In this document: positions 16,112-30,471 of the stretch, one piece after another
How positions within the stretch are numbered: the first letter of the stretch is position 1
Layout of the letters: the number at the start of each line of letters is the position of its first letter
Source of the DNA: Candidatus Saccharimonadales bacterium
GTDB taxonomy: Bacteria; Patescibacteriota; Saccharimonadia; Saccharimonadales; UBA7683
DNA length: 64,000 nt
Assembly (NCBI GenBank): GCA_046350615.1
Contig: JAXMAA010000002.1
Location: 213,204-277,203, forward strand
Direction of reading: 5' to 3'
Program-made: the position numbers and the translations under genes
Notes under the pieces: model-generated
Told to the model about the DNA's origin: nothing
The model's database searches: none
What the model saw: the letters and a program-made list of their open reading frames with translations, nothing else

Positions 16112-16990
16112 ATGTATTCTCAGGTAGCCGCTAATAAACGCAAAACCATACTAATTATGAGTTTATTTGTTCTCATCATTGGTCTAGTTGGCTATGCGTA
16201 TGGGCTGTATGTTGGAGATTTTAAAAGTCTCTATATGGTGTTTGGATTTGCGGCATCCTATAGTCTTATCAGCTACTTCGCCTCATCACGAATTGCCTTG
16301 GCGGTGAATGGTGCGAAAGAAATTCAAAAGCAAGATGATCCACGGCTATACCGAATTGTTGAAAATTTAAGTATTACTACTGGTATGCCAATGCCCAGGG
16401 TCTATATTATCAACGACCCCGCAGCCAACGCTTTCGCAACCGGACGCGACCCAAAGCATGCCTCGGTGGCGGCTACAACTGGTATTTTGGAACTCCTTGA
16501 CGATAACGAGCTTGAAGGTGTGATGGCGCACGAGATGGGGCATGTACAAAACTACGATATCCGTGTGATGATGGTGGTTTTTGCTTGTGTCTCCGTCATC
16601 GGTTTAATGAGTGACTTCCTATTGCGGATAATGTGGTTTGGCGGACGTGATGACGACGAGGGTGGCAGCCCGATCGCACTACTGCTGGCTTTGGTTTTGG
16701 CGATCATTGCCCCTATTGTGGCTACTCTGGTGCAGCTTGCTGTTTCACGCCGACGTGAATTTCTGGCTGATGCGACCGGAGCGCTGACAACGCGCTATCC
16801 AGAAGGCCTGGCCTCTGCTCTTCGGAAAATAGGGCAAAATGGCTCAGTATTGCGACGTCAAAATAGTTCAACTGCCCACTTCTTTTTTGCCAATCCACTC
16901 AAAAACCGCAGCTTTGCAAAACTCTTTAGCACGCACCCACCAACTGAAGAACGTATAGCCAAGCTCGAAAAGATGAGTGGGGAGCTGTAG
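16112..16990 (+). CDS. htpX: M48-family zinc metalloprotease HtpX
   Basis: TM helices plus HEMGH (AHEMGHVQNYD) and the C-terminal EFLADA...HPPTEERI. The start was chosen at MYSQVAANKRKT rather than inside the upstream repeat. Confidence 0.9.
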   Translation: MYSQVAANKRKTILIMSLFVLIIGLVGYAYGLYVGDFKSLYMVFGFAASYSLISYFASSRIALAVNGAKEIQKQDDPRLYRIVENLSITTGMPMPRVYIINDPAANAFATGRDPKHASVAATTGILELLDDNELEGVMAHEMGHVQNYDIRVMMVVFACVSVIGLMSDFLLRIMWFGGRDDDEGGSPIALLLALVLAIIAPIVATLVQLAVSRRREFLADATGALTTRYPEGLASALRKIGQNGSVLRRQNSSTAHFFFANPLKNRSFAKLFSTHPPTEERIAKLEKMSGEL

Positions 16991-16992
16991 AC

Positions 16993-20677
<3,685 letters not shown>

Positions 20678-20699
20678 TGATGTAACCTCGTACAATAAC

Positions 20700-21407
20700 G
20701 TGGTTATGCTCAAAAATAAACAAACAACCCTTCTCTGCTTTTCGCCACCCATCATGATCGCGACGTTTTTAATTGAGATTGTTTTGATGTTGGCAACAAT
20801 CGCCACGAGAAGGCTCAATAAGGCCGGAAAACTCATCGCGGTTTCGTTATTTTCCTTAGCATTCTTTCAACTCTGCGAATACTTTGTGTGCGGTGGGCTT
20901 GGTGCGGATGCTGCGCTGTGGTCGCGTCTTGGATTTATTGCAATAACCACATTGCCACCACTTGGGATGCATATCATTCATGAAATTGCAGGAAAAAAGT
21001 CAAAGTGGTTGGTATGGATATCATATGCAACAATGGCTGCGTTCATAGTTTTGTTTGGGTTTAGTGAAAACGCCTTTACAAATCATCAATGCGTGAGTAA
21101 CTATGTTATATTCCATCTGGGTGCCGCAGTTGGCTACGTGTATTCGGCGTATTATTACGGAATACTACTCCTCGGCATATATGTGGCAATGAATCTTGCT
21201 CGCAAAACCAAAAAGAAAGTACACAAAGAGGCGCTGTACGGTATGACGGTTGGCTATCTGACATTCTTACTACCTACAGCTATCGCTAACACTATCAAGC
21301 CTGAAACCATGGCCGGTATTCCTTCAATTATGTGCGGTTTCGCGGTCGTACACGCACTAATCTTATTTAGCTACGTACTACCACGGGTATCAAAAATCCG
21401 AAAATAA
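20700..21407 (+). CDS. Polytopic membrane protein, function unknown
   Basis: About seven hydrophobic segments. No motif recognised. Confidence 0.6.
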   Translation: MVMLKNKQTTLLCFSPPIMIATFLIEIVLMLATIATRRLNKAGKLIAVSLFSLAFFQLCEYFVCGGLGADAALWSRLGFIAITTLPPLGMHIIHEIAGKKSKWLVWISYATMAAFIVLFGFSENAFTNHQCVSNYVIFHLGAAVGYVYSAYYYGILLLGIYVAMNLARKTKKKVHKEALYGMTVGYLTFLLPTAIANTIKPETMAGIPSIMCGFAVVHALILFSYVLPRVSKIRK

Positions 21408-21503
21408 ACTGCTAAATTTTTTGAACTCCCATCCCCCTTATGCTAAACTAAACCCAATCACCACACCAACTCCCCAGATAACTTTACAACAAAGAGGGGA
21501 CCA

Positions 21504-24089
21504 ATGAAACGAACAGTTAAACAACTACTCTTACTGCCTGCCACAGGCTTTTTTACCAATCGATCTTCCGGATCTCATTCTGCCCAATCTTTCGCTCCCT
21601 CACTTCTACTTCTGCTCACCACTCTCGCCTTCGGTATTCTCAGTGCCCCCACCACCACTCTCCCTGTCCACGCCGCCGACACCGACTTCTCTGACGGTAT
21701 CACCGTAGACTCTACCCTCGACACTCCAGACGACAACATTGGAGACGGTATCTGTGATGATGGAGCAGGCAACTGTACGCTTCGTGCTGCCATTGAAGAG
21801 GCTAACTCAGACCCAGATCACACCACCATCCTCTTCAACATCACCGGCACTCCAGACTTCACCAACAACTCTCAACCAGGCTACACCATAGCCCCACAAT
21901 CATCTCTCCCGGCCATCACCGAACAAGTCACCATAGACGGCTACAGCCAACCAGGAGCCCAAGCAAACACTGCTCCAGCCCCGCAACCGCTTAACGGAAC
22001 GTTGTTGGTGGAGTTGGATGGCGACGAAGACGGCGATAGTAATGGACTTTGGTATGCCCTGAAATTTGAGGGCAATAGTGATCAGAGCGAAACGAGAGGC
22101 CTGTCTATATATGGAACAGTTGAGGCCATACAAATATATTCAGGAGAGGTGGCTATACGAGGAAACTATGTTGGTCCAGACGCCACCGGCATGATAGAGA
22201 GAGGTAACTGCGTGGGAGTCACGGGGTCTAATGCCGGAGGTAGTGGCATACACACTTCTGCGGGGGCTAAGATCGGTGGTACTAATCCTGAAGATAGAAA
22301 TATTATCTCCGGAAACTCCAAGCCATACAATGGCTGTAATTGGGCAAGTGGAGGCTATCCAGATAACGCCTGGGTAATCCAGGGTAATTATGTAGGTGTG
22401 GCCGCAGATGGACTTACCGCAATGCCCAATAGCAGCACAGGAGGGTCGGGGGCATTTTCTATTGATGATACCGTTGGGGTAATCGTGGGCGGCTCAAGCG
22501 TAGCCGCTACAAATATAATATCTGGGAACTTAAGTCATGGGCTGGCGCCAGTTGCTGCAGACAATCTCACTATCAGGAATAACTATATTGGTGTTGGGTA
22601 TGATGGGATTACGTCTATTCCTAACGGAACAGCAGGTATTGGCGGGGCTGGAATCACTCTTGGTCAAGTTACAAACGCCGCAATAGAGGATAACATAATC
22701 TCGAATAACGGCGGAGACGGTTTATATTTCAACGAGTGTCACGGTGTTATTATTCAAGGTAATACCATTCAAGGTAATTTAACTTCCGGAATAAGTGTTG
22801 GTCCGGATTCTTATGACATTTTGATAGGTGGAACTACATTGGCAGATTCTAATAATATATCCAATAATACCGAACAAGGCATCGAGTCTCGCGACACCCC
22901 ATATGATCATCGCATATTCTCTATAATCGGTAACTCAATTCATAGTAACGGGGATTTAGGCATAGCATTAAGCTATGACTCTCCTCTGACTAACGATCCC
23001 CTCGACGCCGACACTGGCTCCAACGACCTCCTCAACTTTCCCCGTTGGACAGACATGGAAGAAGTAAGTGGCAACACTACTATCGATTACCAACTCGATG
23101 TACCAGCCGGAGACTACCGTATCGAGTTCTTCTCTAATACTACCCCAGATCCTTCCGGATACGGTGAAGGAGAGGAATACTTGGGCTTTCAGAACGTAAC
23201 CTCGGTAGGTTCCGGAGAACAAACCTTCTCTTATACCCTCACTGGCACCACTGGCGTAACCAACCTTGCCATGACCACTACAGAAATCGATGGCTCAACC
23301 CCATCTGGCTTTGGGGCGACGAGTGAGTTTGGGGATTATCTCTCTATCCCACCACCTGACCCCGTCGTAGATATCTCCATAACCAACACACTCACCAATC
23401 CCCAAGACGTGGCTCCAGGTGCCACTCTCAACTATGCGCTTCAGTACACTAATAACGGCCCAGACGACCTGGATTTAACACAATTCTATTTCGGTAACGA
23501 GGCATTCTTGTGGTATGTGATCCATCCAGATTTAACGGCTGCAGATCTTGGTGGCCCTGGTCCATTCCCAGGCACCAGCATTATCTCCGACGCCGGCAAC
23601 CCTGATGTTGGCTGTCTGTGGGCTCCGAACGGCCATGGAACGTTTTTTGGTGCTCTAACACACCAAGATTATGGTGTCATCGCCTGTTTCTATGCAGGCC
23701 CACTCACATCTCTCCCTGCCGGAGATAGCCTAAACCTTGCGTTTAACTTTACGCTCAGTAACGACTCTGAACTTACCTTCGGAACTTATGCGATCGGCAG
23801 CCCCATACCTACAGACCCGGATTATCCTGAGGCACTGGTAGCTCTTATAACTAGCGGTAGCATGGTTACTGCAGTAACCAACAATCCCGGTATTAACAAC
23901 TTTGCAGCAGCCATCTACCCAATCCCTCAAGAGTCAGAAGAAGAGCAGAGTAGCGATAACTCAGCAGTAAGTTCAGGTTCCAGCCTGGCAGCTAGTGGCG
24001 TTGCCATCATGCTTCCGCTCTTCGCTAGCCTTATACTCCTGGTATTTGGCTTCGCGGCGTTCAAGAAGCGGCAGCGTATACTGCTGTAA
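21504..24089 (+). CDS. Secreted CSLREA-domain right-handed beta-helix surface protein with a DUF11-like repeat and a C-terminal membrane anchor
   Basis: Signal-like N-terminus, GNCTLRAAIEEAN (CSLREA), many I.GN.I.-type beta-helix turns, ISITNT...GATLNYALQYTNNGPDD, and a C-terminal hydrophobic helix plus KKRQR. Confidence 0.75.
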   Translation: MKRTVKQLLLLPATGFFTNRSSGSHSAQSFAPSLLLLLTTLAFGILSAPTTTLPVHAADTDFSDGITVDSTLDTPDDNIGDGICDDGAGNCTLRAAIEEANSDPDHTTILFNITGTPDFTNNSQPGYTIAPQSSLPAITEQVTIDGYSQPGAQANTAPAPQPLNGTLLVELDGDEDGDSNGLWYALKFEGNSDQSETRGLSIYGTVEAIQIYSGEVAIRGNYVGPDATGMIERGNCVGVTGSNAGGSGIHTSAGAKIGGTNPEDRNIISGNSKPYNGCNWASGGYPDNAWVIQGNYVGVAADGLTAMPNSSTGGSGAFSIDDTVGVIVGGSSVAATNIISGNLSHGLAPVAADNLTIRNNYIGVGYDGITSIPNGTAGIGGAGITLGQVTNAAIEDNIISNNGGDGLYFNECHGVIIQGNTIQGNLTSGISVGPDSYDILIGGTTLADSNNISNNTEQGIESRDTPYDHRIFSIIGNSIHSNGDLGIALSYDSPLTNDPLDADTGSNDLLNFPRWTDMEEVSGNTTIDYQLDVPAGDYRIEFFSNTTPDPSGYGEGEEYLGFQNVTSVGSGEQTFSYTLTGTTGVTNLAMTTTEIDGSTPSGFGATSEFGDYLSIPPPDPVVDISITNTLTNPQDVAPGATLNYALQYTNNGPDDLDLTQFYFGNEAFLWYVIHPDLTAADLGGPGPFPGTSIISDAGNPDVGCLWAPNGHGTFFGALTHQDYGVIACFYAGPLTSLPAGDSLNLAFNFTLSNDSELTFGTYAIGSPIPTDPDYPEALVALITSGSMVTAVTNNPGINNFAAAIYPIPQESEEEQSSDNSAVSSGSSLAASGVAIMLPLFASLILLVFGFAAFKKRQRILL

Positions 24090-24193
24090 GTACGCGTAGT
24101 TATAAAGGGTCGGTAAGCGCGGTTAATGCCTTGGTTGTATTGGACCGCGCGAATCGATAGCAACCCAACCCAATCCAATTAAGATTGAAGTGA

Positions 24194-24586
24194 CTAGCGG
24201 CTCAGTTTTTGGAAGAAGGTATTAAGCTGCTTTTCAGTGTAAGTGCTCTCTAGTTTATCAGTGCGATTTTTCAGCAGGCTTGCTCCAGAAGATACGAGCG
24301 TAATAATCAGTAATACTAAGAGGGCTACTTTCGCGAGCTGAGGCGAGCTGTCTTTTTTAAGACCAATCAAAGCGAGCACAATACTTGCTATAAAGAGTAC
24401 TGCCGCTACGCCAATTCCAACCTGCAAAATGGGACGTAAGTAGGCGAGGCCCAGCGTGATGTCGATATGATTGGGGTTATTTCGTTTCAGAAAAAACTCG
24501 GTGGCCGCACCCGCTAAGATGCTCAGCGGCACCATCAAGGCCGTGGTGACGAGAGCGAATGTTCCAAATTTTTGCTTCATACGCAT
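24194..24586 (-). CDS. Small polytopic membrane protein
   Basis: The start is taken at the internal MRMKQKF. Four hydrophobic segments. Divergent from the giant kinase gene. Confidence 0.5.
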   Translation of the reverse strand: MRMKQKFGTFALVTTALMVPLSILAGAATEFFLKRNNPNHIDITLGLAYLRPILQVGIGVAAVLFIASIVLALIGLKKDSSPQLAKVALLVLLIITLVSSGASLLKNRTDKLESTYTEKQLNTFFQKLSR

Positions 24587-24649
24587 ATTGTAGCATGGCT
24601 TAAGCACTAGCATAAAATACAACAAACACCTATACTTAAGATAAGCGTT

Positions 24650-27600
24650 ATGATGAAAAGTTTGAGGGTAAAACACTATAGTTACTTGTTAACAGCCGTG
24701 CTTTTAGTGGTTACCAGTCTCGCGAATATCGTTATAAACCTCAGAGCTGCACAGGCAGAAGTCGGCGGTGTTACTATAACTAGCCCTGTCGAGAGCCAAG
24801 AAATCACTCAGCAGACTCGGCAGATCACCGGCACAGCACCCGCCCTCAAGCAAATAGCGGTGTTTGATGGCGATAGTAAAATTGGCTCAACTACAAGTTC
24901 TGGCTCGGGGGCGTGGTCGCTTGCATGGGAAGACCCGACTCCGGGGCAACACCGATTACGAGCAGTCTTGGTTGAGGGGCAGTACTTCATGGCAAATACG
25001 GTTGGCGCAAATGCCGCACAATCATTTGATCTCAACAGCGGTCAGGATCAGCTTGGCTTTCGCGCGGGTTTCTCAGGGAGCGATGCGGTGGTCTATGATT
25101 CTACGCTTCAGAAAAGTTTCGTTGTGAATCGAAGTGCCGGAACTATCTCTCAGGTAGACCCACTTTCTAAAGAGGTTGAAAGTAGCTTTACATACAGCAG
25201 CAGCCTGGTTGACGGTGCTATTATGCAGGGTGATAGCGAAAGTGCAGCGATCCTGCAAGCGACTCGTTGTGATCTTGGCCAGAGTCTTCGATCGCTATGT
25301 GCCTACACCTACGACCAAACCAACCACAGACTGTACATGCTCGATTTTAAAACCCTGTATGTTATTAATGTGCAATCTAAGACCGTCGAGGCAAGCATTG
25401 ATGTAGGCTTTCCTGATGCAGGCTTAGGCTTTCATGATGTAGCCACGAGTGCCGAGTATAAGCTTTATATCGATCCTCAGCGCAACTACCTCTATATCTA
25501 CCACGACATCGTTCACTATGAAAGCTGGTACGGTGAATACGATGATTATAATCCAGAAAATAATAAAATCATCCGCGTTAATTTACAGTCAAATACCATT
25601 GATAGTAGCTGGAGTTTTAGCGGTAGTTCTGTCGTTGTGAGTGCAGATAACGATGTGTTTGTAGCCCAGGTGTCGCAAGAAGAGACTCAAAATATCTATA
25701 TTCAGCGTGGAGGAGCAGGGGAACTGAGCAAGTTAGAACTTAGTACCCAGGATTGTAATAAACGGGCAGCGCAGTTGGCGTTAAGTAATAACGACAACTA
25801 TCTATACGCAGCCTGCACCGATGCCTCAGATCAAAAAAAGACGGTCGTTATTAACCCGGACGATGGCGCTGTTATTAGTAGTTTTGAACGAGAAGGTAAG
25901 TTTATAACGCTTCATAATCTCACTACCCAATGGCTACTCTCTGGTGAGGCGGCTACTGGGGGTATGAGAGTACTCGATACACAGTCTAATACAGAGGCTA
26001 ATGCGATCCAAGGTATAGCGGGTGTCAGGCAAGAACGATCCGTAGTTATTGATGCTAACTCGAAAAAACTATACTTTGCAACGGTTGATACTCCAAATGC
26101 TCAAAATCACCTGTATGCGGTTGACCTAGAGACTAGTGGCGTTGAAGAAGACCGAACCTATCCAACCACTGCCTTTAAAGGTGTCCGTTCGGCTACGCAA
26201 ACTGGCCTAGACCAGTACATGTTTCTTCCGGTACAGCCGGACGATCAGCTAGGGAGTATTAATCTCGGCAATGGTTCACGTCAGGTTATTACGGATGGCG
26301 TTGGGGTCGCAGCCCATCTTGTATATGCAAGAAACAGGGGGAAGCTATACACTCTTGGCAATAGCGACACTGGCATCGATGTCTCCAATGCACTTTCCGG
26401 CGAATTCGAAGGACGCATCAACCTACCAGATGCTTATACGCTAGGCAGTGGTGTGCTCTCGCCCGACGAATCTGTCCTGTATGTTTCAGCGACAAATTAC
26501 ACTGACTCGCTCCGAATATTTGCAATTAATACCGACACGCTTCAAGTCATGCGAATATATGATGCTGCCGACCAGTATGCCACAACGGATAGATCCGCTT
26601 TACTCGGAAGGCTTTCACTTGGTGGCAATATGCTTGCGTTCTTGTTTCATAGCAAGCTCTTTTTATTTAACTTGCAGAGCGGGGCCTTGCAGCAACGTGA
26701 TTGGGTTTTTCAGGCTGATCAAGCGGAAGAGGGAAGATGGACAATGACCGAATCGTCCCCTTCGGCGTTGCAAGCCCTCGATCTAAATAGTGATGGTACT
26801 GAGCTGCTCATACTTAAGGCTGGTGACTACCTCGTAAAGCTATCTGTAGACGATCTGAATACCGAACTATCGCCAATTGAAGCCCCGCAGCAGCGGCTAA
26901 TGGAGATCGGCGCCGAAGTGACTGCGGATGGTAGATCAGCAATTACCTCAGTTAAATGGGGTCCTAGCGGCAGCATATTCATCGGTGCTGGACACACTTA
27001 CAAAGAGTCCTTCGGTTACTCAAAGCTATACCAGATAGAACAGGGCGGACTTTTAAGGTCGATTGATCTTATATCAGACCGTATCTCTGGCTCAATCAGT
27101 ATATGCTTTCCATATGATATTGAATTACTTCCAGATGCACCATATGCCGAGGCCCTCAGTTCATGCATGTCGTCAACCTCAGCAGGGGACGGCAAAGATA
27201 TAAAACTGTCGCTTTACTTAGACACCGTCGATCTACAATCGAATGTAACTGTGTTTTCTAAAGCGATGTCAATGACAACCGAATCTATAGCCACGGGCAC
27301 TGATAGTTCTGACTATATCATCGCCACTAAGCAATACCCATATGGCGTTCAGACAAATGTTCAGGTTGCAGCAACCACACGGAGGGTTATTGTTAAAGCC
27401 GATGCCGTGACCATAACCGCACCCTCAGAAGGCGAAAACGTTAACCAAGGCATGCATACTATTACTGGTACCGCCCCTCCCGGTGCACAAGTTGCTGTAT
27501 TGGTGGACCAGGTTGCTATAGGTACGGCGCAATCGGATACATACGGTGCTTGGAGTCTTGAATATAATTTTGCAGCTACTAAGACCTACGAGATTGTTGC

Positions 27601-30349
27601 TACTTCTACTAAGCCAGATCAAGACTTGCTCTATCTGCCACAGTTTGGGATCGATTTTCAGGGTAAAATTAACCTATTCTCAGCCAATACGAGTAAGGTG
27701 GTGAAAACTATACAACTACCAAATAATCAGGTAAGTCTGAATGCCAAAGTGAGTAAAGACGGTGAACGGCTTCTTGTGTTGTCAATGACTGCTAGCAATA
27801 ATTCACGAGCCTACCTGCTCACCTACGGCATTACAAGCGGCGAGCTACTGAGTTCAGTACAGCTCGGCTCACCACCTTCTGACACACCATTCTTGAACGG
27901 GATTTTTTCGAGTGACGAAACATCAGTATTCCTATTAAATACATCTGAAGTCACAGACGAGAATCCAGACGATGATGTACGGCCATATGTAGGTACTCTC
28001 TCGAAAATCGATAGCCAAACAGGCCAAGTTTTAGGGTCGTATCAAGTCGAGTATGAAGCTAGCAATAATGAGAGTGACTTTTTTTCACAGATGTCCATTG
28101 CTGAGGGCATCAATACTGTTGTAGCTAACCTCGGAACGCAAGCGCTGACGTTTAATTTCCAGACTGGTGAAACCGGCTCTTTCCCAAGCCCTACCAGCAA
28201 CCAATTCTTTTCCAAAATTCTTTATGATGATCAAAATAGTAGAATTATATTAGCACTAGTTAATGCTGATGACTTCACCTCTACTGTTGGGGCATTGTCT
28301 CCGGATAGTGGCAGCCCAGCCTGGACGGTCGAACTTCCTAACACCTTGTTGCTCAGAGCTGGTAGAATCGCTTCCGATCAACAGAGCCTTTACCTCGTTG
28401 GCTTTAGGTCGGCAAGTACTGCAACGCCTCAGTACGATATTTATAAGTTTAATCTTGCAGATGGTTCATATCAAACCTACTCACCACAGCTAACCGAATC
28501 CCTACAAAGCGTGCTTGGTGAAGCCATTAACGCACAGTTCCTCATGCCTGTCAGTATGCATATTTCTGCAGATCAAAAGTCCATGTACACCATCAATCAT
28601 ATGAGCTTAAATTTTGAGCAAGGCAATGGTAATAGCGTACCCGCCATTGGCTACGGCTTTGGCTCAAGCCCAACGGCAAAAGAACTAGGCGCTATCAAAA
28701 ACGTTAGCCCGCTCGATCTATACTCAATTAACTTACAAGACGACTTTGTAGCTCATGTCCCTGGTCTAGTTTTGCAGGCCACACGATCTGTACTTGTTAC
28801 TCAAAACGGTGGAGCGACCAATAACCAGCCAAGCACCCCGATGACACCAAGTATTCAGCCCCCGTTTATAGTCTCCACTACACAGCCAGTCACTCAACAA
28901 ACACAGCCGCCAGCTGGTTCAAGCACCTCGACTCCAAAGCCGTCAGAGATTGAAGCAAAACCTGTCGTAAGTTCTCTTCAAAAAGCCGCTCTTAAGAAAG
29001 CAGAAAAGGATTTACTTTCGCCTAGCCTCTTTGCTGTTGCACAAATAAACACCAAACGGCTATTCGCCAAACTCCCCTTGCCAGCTATCAAGTCAGTGCC
29101 CTACATCCTCTACCTAGCCCTACTTTCCTTGGCCGGCTACTATCTGTACCAAACCCAGAAGCAACTACGTCGAGAAGAACGAGTGCGGGTAATCCTAAAA
29201 CGACAGCAGGTTTTGACTGAAGAAAAGCGAAACTTCCTGGAGCTCACTAGCCATTATCTTCGTACGCCGTTAACTTACATTCGTTCAGGTGCAGAAATGT
29301 CGTCCCGTAAAACAGGTAATGAGCAGCTCGCTGCTGATATGTCTCAAGCTGTCAATCATCTCTCGCTCTTTATCGAATCGTTAATTGAAGAAGCCGGCAC
29401 CGAAAAAAATCAAGAAGCCCTGAAAGAAGTAAAAATAAAGTCACCGCTGCTTTCCCGAAACTTCTTGCTTCCAACTCTTGGCCTGGTCGGTGCGTCAGGG
29501 ATATTCTACCTACTTGCCAGCGGGCTGGCCGGTATCACTTTTGCAAGCACCGCCTACTTTACTCACGTGGTGTTGACCATTCTTATAATTCGCTTGTTTT
29601 ATGGCATGCTTAAAAATCACCGTCTGGTGCTGGCTGAAAAGAATCAAATGAGTGCTATTTTGAAGGCCGAACGAGAGCTTGATCACGCTCGGTCCAAGTT
29701 GCTTGAAGATGCGGGCGAGCAGCTGAAAACTCGTACCGATCATATCTCTGGTCTAAGCACGCAACTCACAGACGATGATACGAGCAAAAAGATCATTCAG
29801 CAGGGTGTAGAACGTCTGCAAGAGCTTTCCCGCGCATTCCGTTTAGTCTGTAAGCTTGAGGCCCAGGCCTTGGTGCCACAAATGAAACCGGTTACCGCCG
29901 AAGCCTTGGCTTCTGAGGTGATTGAGCCATTTAAAGATCAGTTGGCTGAAAAGAAGTTGACACTTAACGTTACCGGCTTTACTGAAAACGTAATTCTAAC
30001 TACTAACAAACCTCTAGCTCAACTAACCCTCCGGTCTCTGATTGAAAACGCGATTCAAGCGAGTGAAGTCGGCGATGCTTTAGTAGTAAAGTGTCTGCAT
30101 AGTGATGGCCATACTGCCTTCCAGGTAATCGACCACGGTGAAGGTATTCCAAAAGAAAAGATAGCACAACTATTCAAGCCATTCGTTCGAGTTGGTCCAG
30201 TCACCACCTTCAACCGCGAAGGCATTGGCCTCAGTCTCTTCCTCGATCGCCTGATTATGCACTCCCTGGGTGGCGAGGTTGAAATTATGAGTAAGTTTGA
30301 GCAAGGCACCGTGGCGACGCTCACCTTTGCTACTGAAACAGCTCAGTAA
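24650..30349 (+). CDS. Giant (1899 aa) sensor histidine kinase with Ig-like and beta-propeller-repeat ectodomain
   Basis: Signal/TM N-terminus, two Ig-like modules (VTITSP..ITGTAP, VTITAP..ITGTAPPGA) and YVTN-like repeats. TM near aa 1481, H-box SHYLRTPLTYI, a TM hairpin, and a C-terminal HATPase_c (ENAIQAS...DHGEGIP...GIGLSL). Confidence 0.85.
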   Translation: MMKSLRVKHYSYLLTAVLLVVTSLANIVINLRAAQAEVGGVTITSPVESQEITQQTRQITGTAPALKQIAVFDGDSKIGSTTSSGSGAWSLAWEDPTPGQHRLRAVLVEGQYFMANTVGANAAQSFDLNSGQDQLGFRAGFSGSDAVVYDSTLQKSFVVNRSAGTISQVDPLSKEVESSFTYSSSLVDGAIMQGDSESAAILQATRCDLGQSLRSLCAYTYDQTNHRLYMLDFKTLYVINVQSKTVEASIDVGFPDAGLGFHDVATSAEYKLYIDPQRNYLYIYHDIVHYESWYGEYDDYNPENNKIIRVNLQSNTIDSSWSFSGSSVVVSADNDVFVAQVSQEETQNIYIQRGGAGELSKLELSTQDCNKRAAQLALSNNDNYLYAACTDASDQKKTVVINPDDGAVISSFEREGKFITLHNLTTQWLLSGEAATGGMRVLDTQSNTEANAIQGIAGVRQERSVVIDANSKKLYFATVDTPNAQNHLYAVDLETSGVEEDRTYPTTAFKGVRSATQTGLDQYMFLPVQPDDQLGSINLGNGSRQVITDGVGVAAHLVYARNRGKLYTLGNSDTGIDVSNALSGEFEGRINLPDAYTLGSGVLSPDESVLYVSATNYTDSLRIFAINTDTLQVMRIYDAADQYATTDRSALLGRLSLGGNMLAFLFHSKLFLFNLQSGALQQRDWVFQADQAEEGRWTMTESSPSALQALDLNSDGTELLILKAGDYLVKLSVDDLNTELSPIEAPQQRLMEIGAEVTADGRSAITSVKWGPSGSIFIGAGHTYKESFGYSKLYQIEQGGLLRSIDLISDRISGSISICFPYDIELLPDAPYAEALSSCMSSTSAGDGKDIKLSLYLDTVDLQSNVTVFSKAMSMTTESIATGTDSSDYIIATKQYPYGVQTNVQVAATTRRVIVKADAVTITAPSEGENVNQGMHTITGTAPPGAQVAVLVDQVAIGTAQSDTYGAWSLEYNFAATKTYEIVATSTKPDQDLLYLPQFGIDFQGKINLFSANTSKVVKTIQLPNNQVSLNAKVSKDGERLLVLSMTASNNSRAYLLTYGITSGELLSSVQLGSPPSDTPFLNGIFSSDETSVFLLNTSEVTDENPDDDVRPYVGTLSKIDSQTGQVLGSYQVEYEASNNESDFFSQMSIAEGINTVVANLGTQALTFNFQTGETGSFPSPTSNQFFSKILYDDQNSRIILALVNADDFTSTVGALSPDSGSPAWTVELPNTLLLRAGRIASDQQSLYLVGFRSASTATPQYDIYKFNLADGSYQTYSPQLTESLQSVLGEAINAQFLMPVSMHISADQKSMYTINHMSLNFEQGNGNSVPAIGYGFGSSPTAKELGAIKNVSPLDLYSINLQDDFVAHVPGLVLQATRSVLVTQNGGATNNQPSTPMTPSIQPPFIVSTTQPVTQQTQPPAGSSTSTPKPSEIEAKPVVSSLQKAALKKAEKDLLSPSLFAVAQINTKRLFAKLPLPAIKSVPYILYLALLSLAGYYLYQTQKQLRREERVRVILKRQQVLTEEKRNFLELTSHYLRTPLTYIRSGAEMSSRKTGNEQLAADMSQAVNHLSLFIESLIEEAGTEKNQEALKEVKIKSPLLSRNFLLPTLGLVGASGIFYLLASGLAGITFASTAYFTHVVLTILIIRLFYGMLKNHRLVLAEKNQMSAILKAERELDHARSKLLEDAGEQLKTRTDHISGLSTQLTDDDTSKKIIQQGVERLQELSRAFRLVCKLEAQALVPQMKPVTAEALASEVIEPFKDQLAEKKLTLNVTGFTENVILTTNKPLAQLTLRSLIENAIQASEVGDALVVKCLHSDGHTAFQVIDHGEGIPKEKIAQLFKPFVRVGPVTTFNREGIGLSLFLDRLIMHSLGGEVEIMSKFEQGTVATLTFATETAQ

Positions 30350-30384
30350 TCTGATACAATAACTATGCAGTTTAGTCTGCATAT

Positions 30385-30461
30385 GGGGATATAGCTCAGT
30401 TGATTAGAGCGCTGCCATGGCATGGCAGAGGTCCAGGGTTTGAGCCCCTGTATCTCCACCA
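30385..30461 (+). tRNA. tRNA-Ala (GGC)
   Basis: Acceptor GGGGATA/TATCTCC with G3:U70, anticodon loop ATGGCAT, encoded CCA. Confidence 0.92.
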
Positions 30462-30471
30462 AATATTTGTT

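Noticed and set aside
24808-30382. Numerous 60-100-aa antisense or alternate-frame ORFs inside the giant kinase gene. The same applies inside ligA, leuS and the beta-helix gene.
   Set aside because: They are fully nested in long, motif-supported genes and have no start context of their own. They are typical shadow ORFs.
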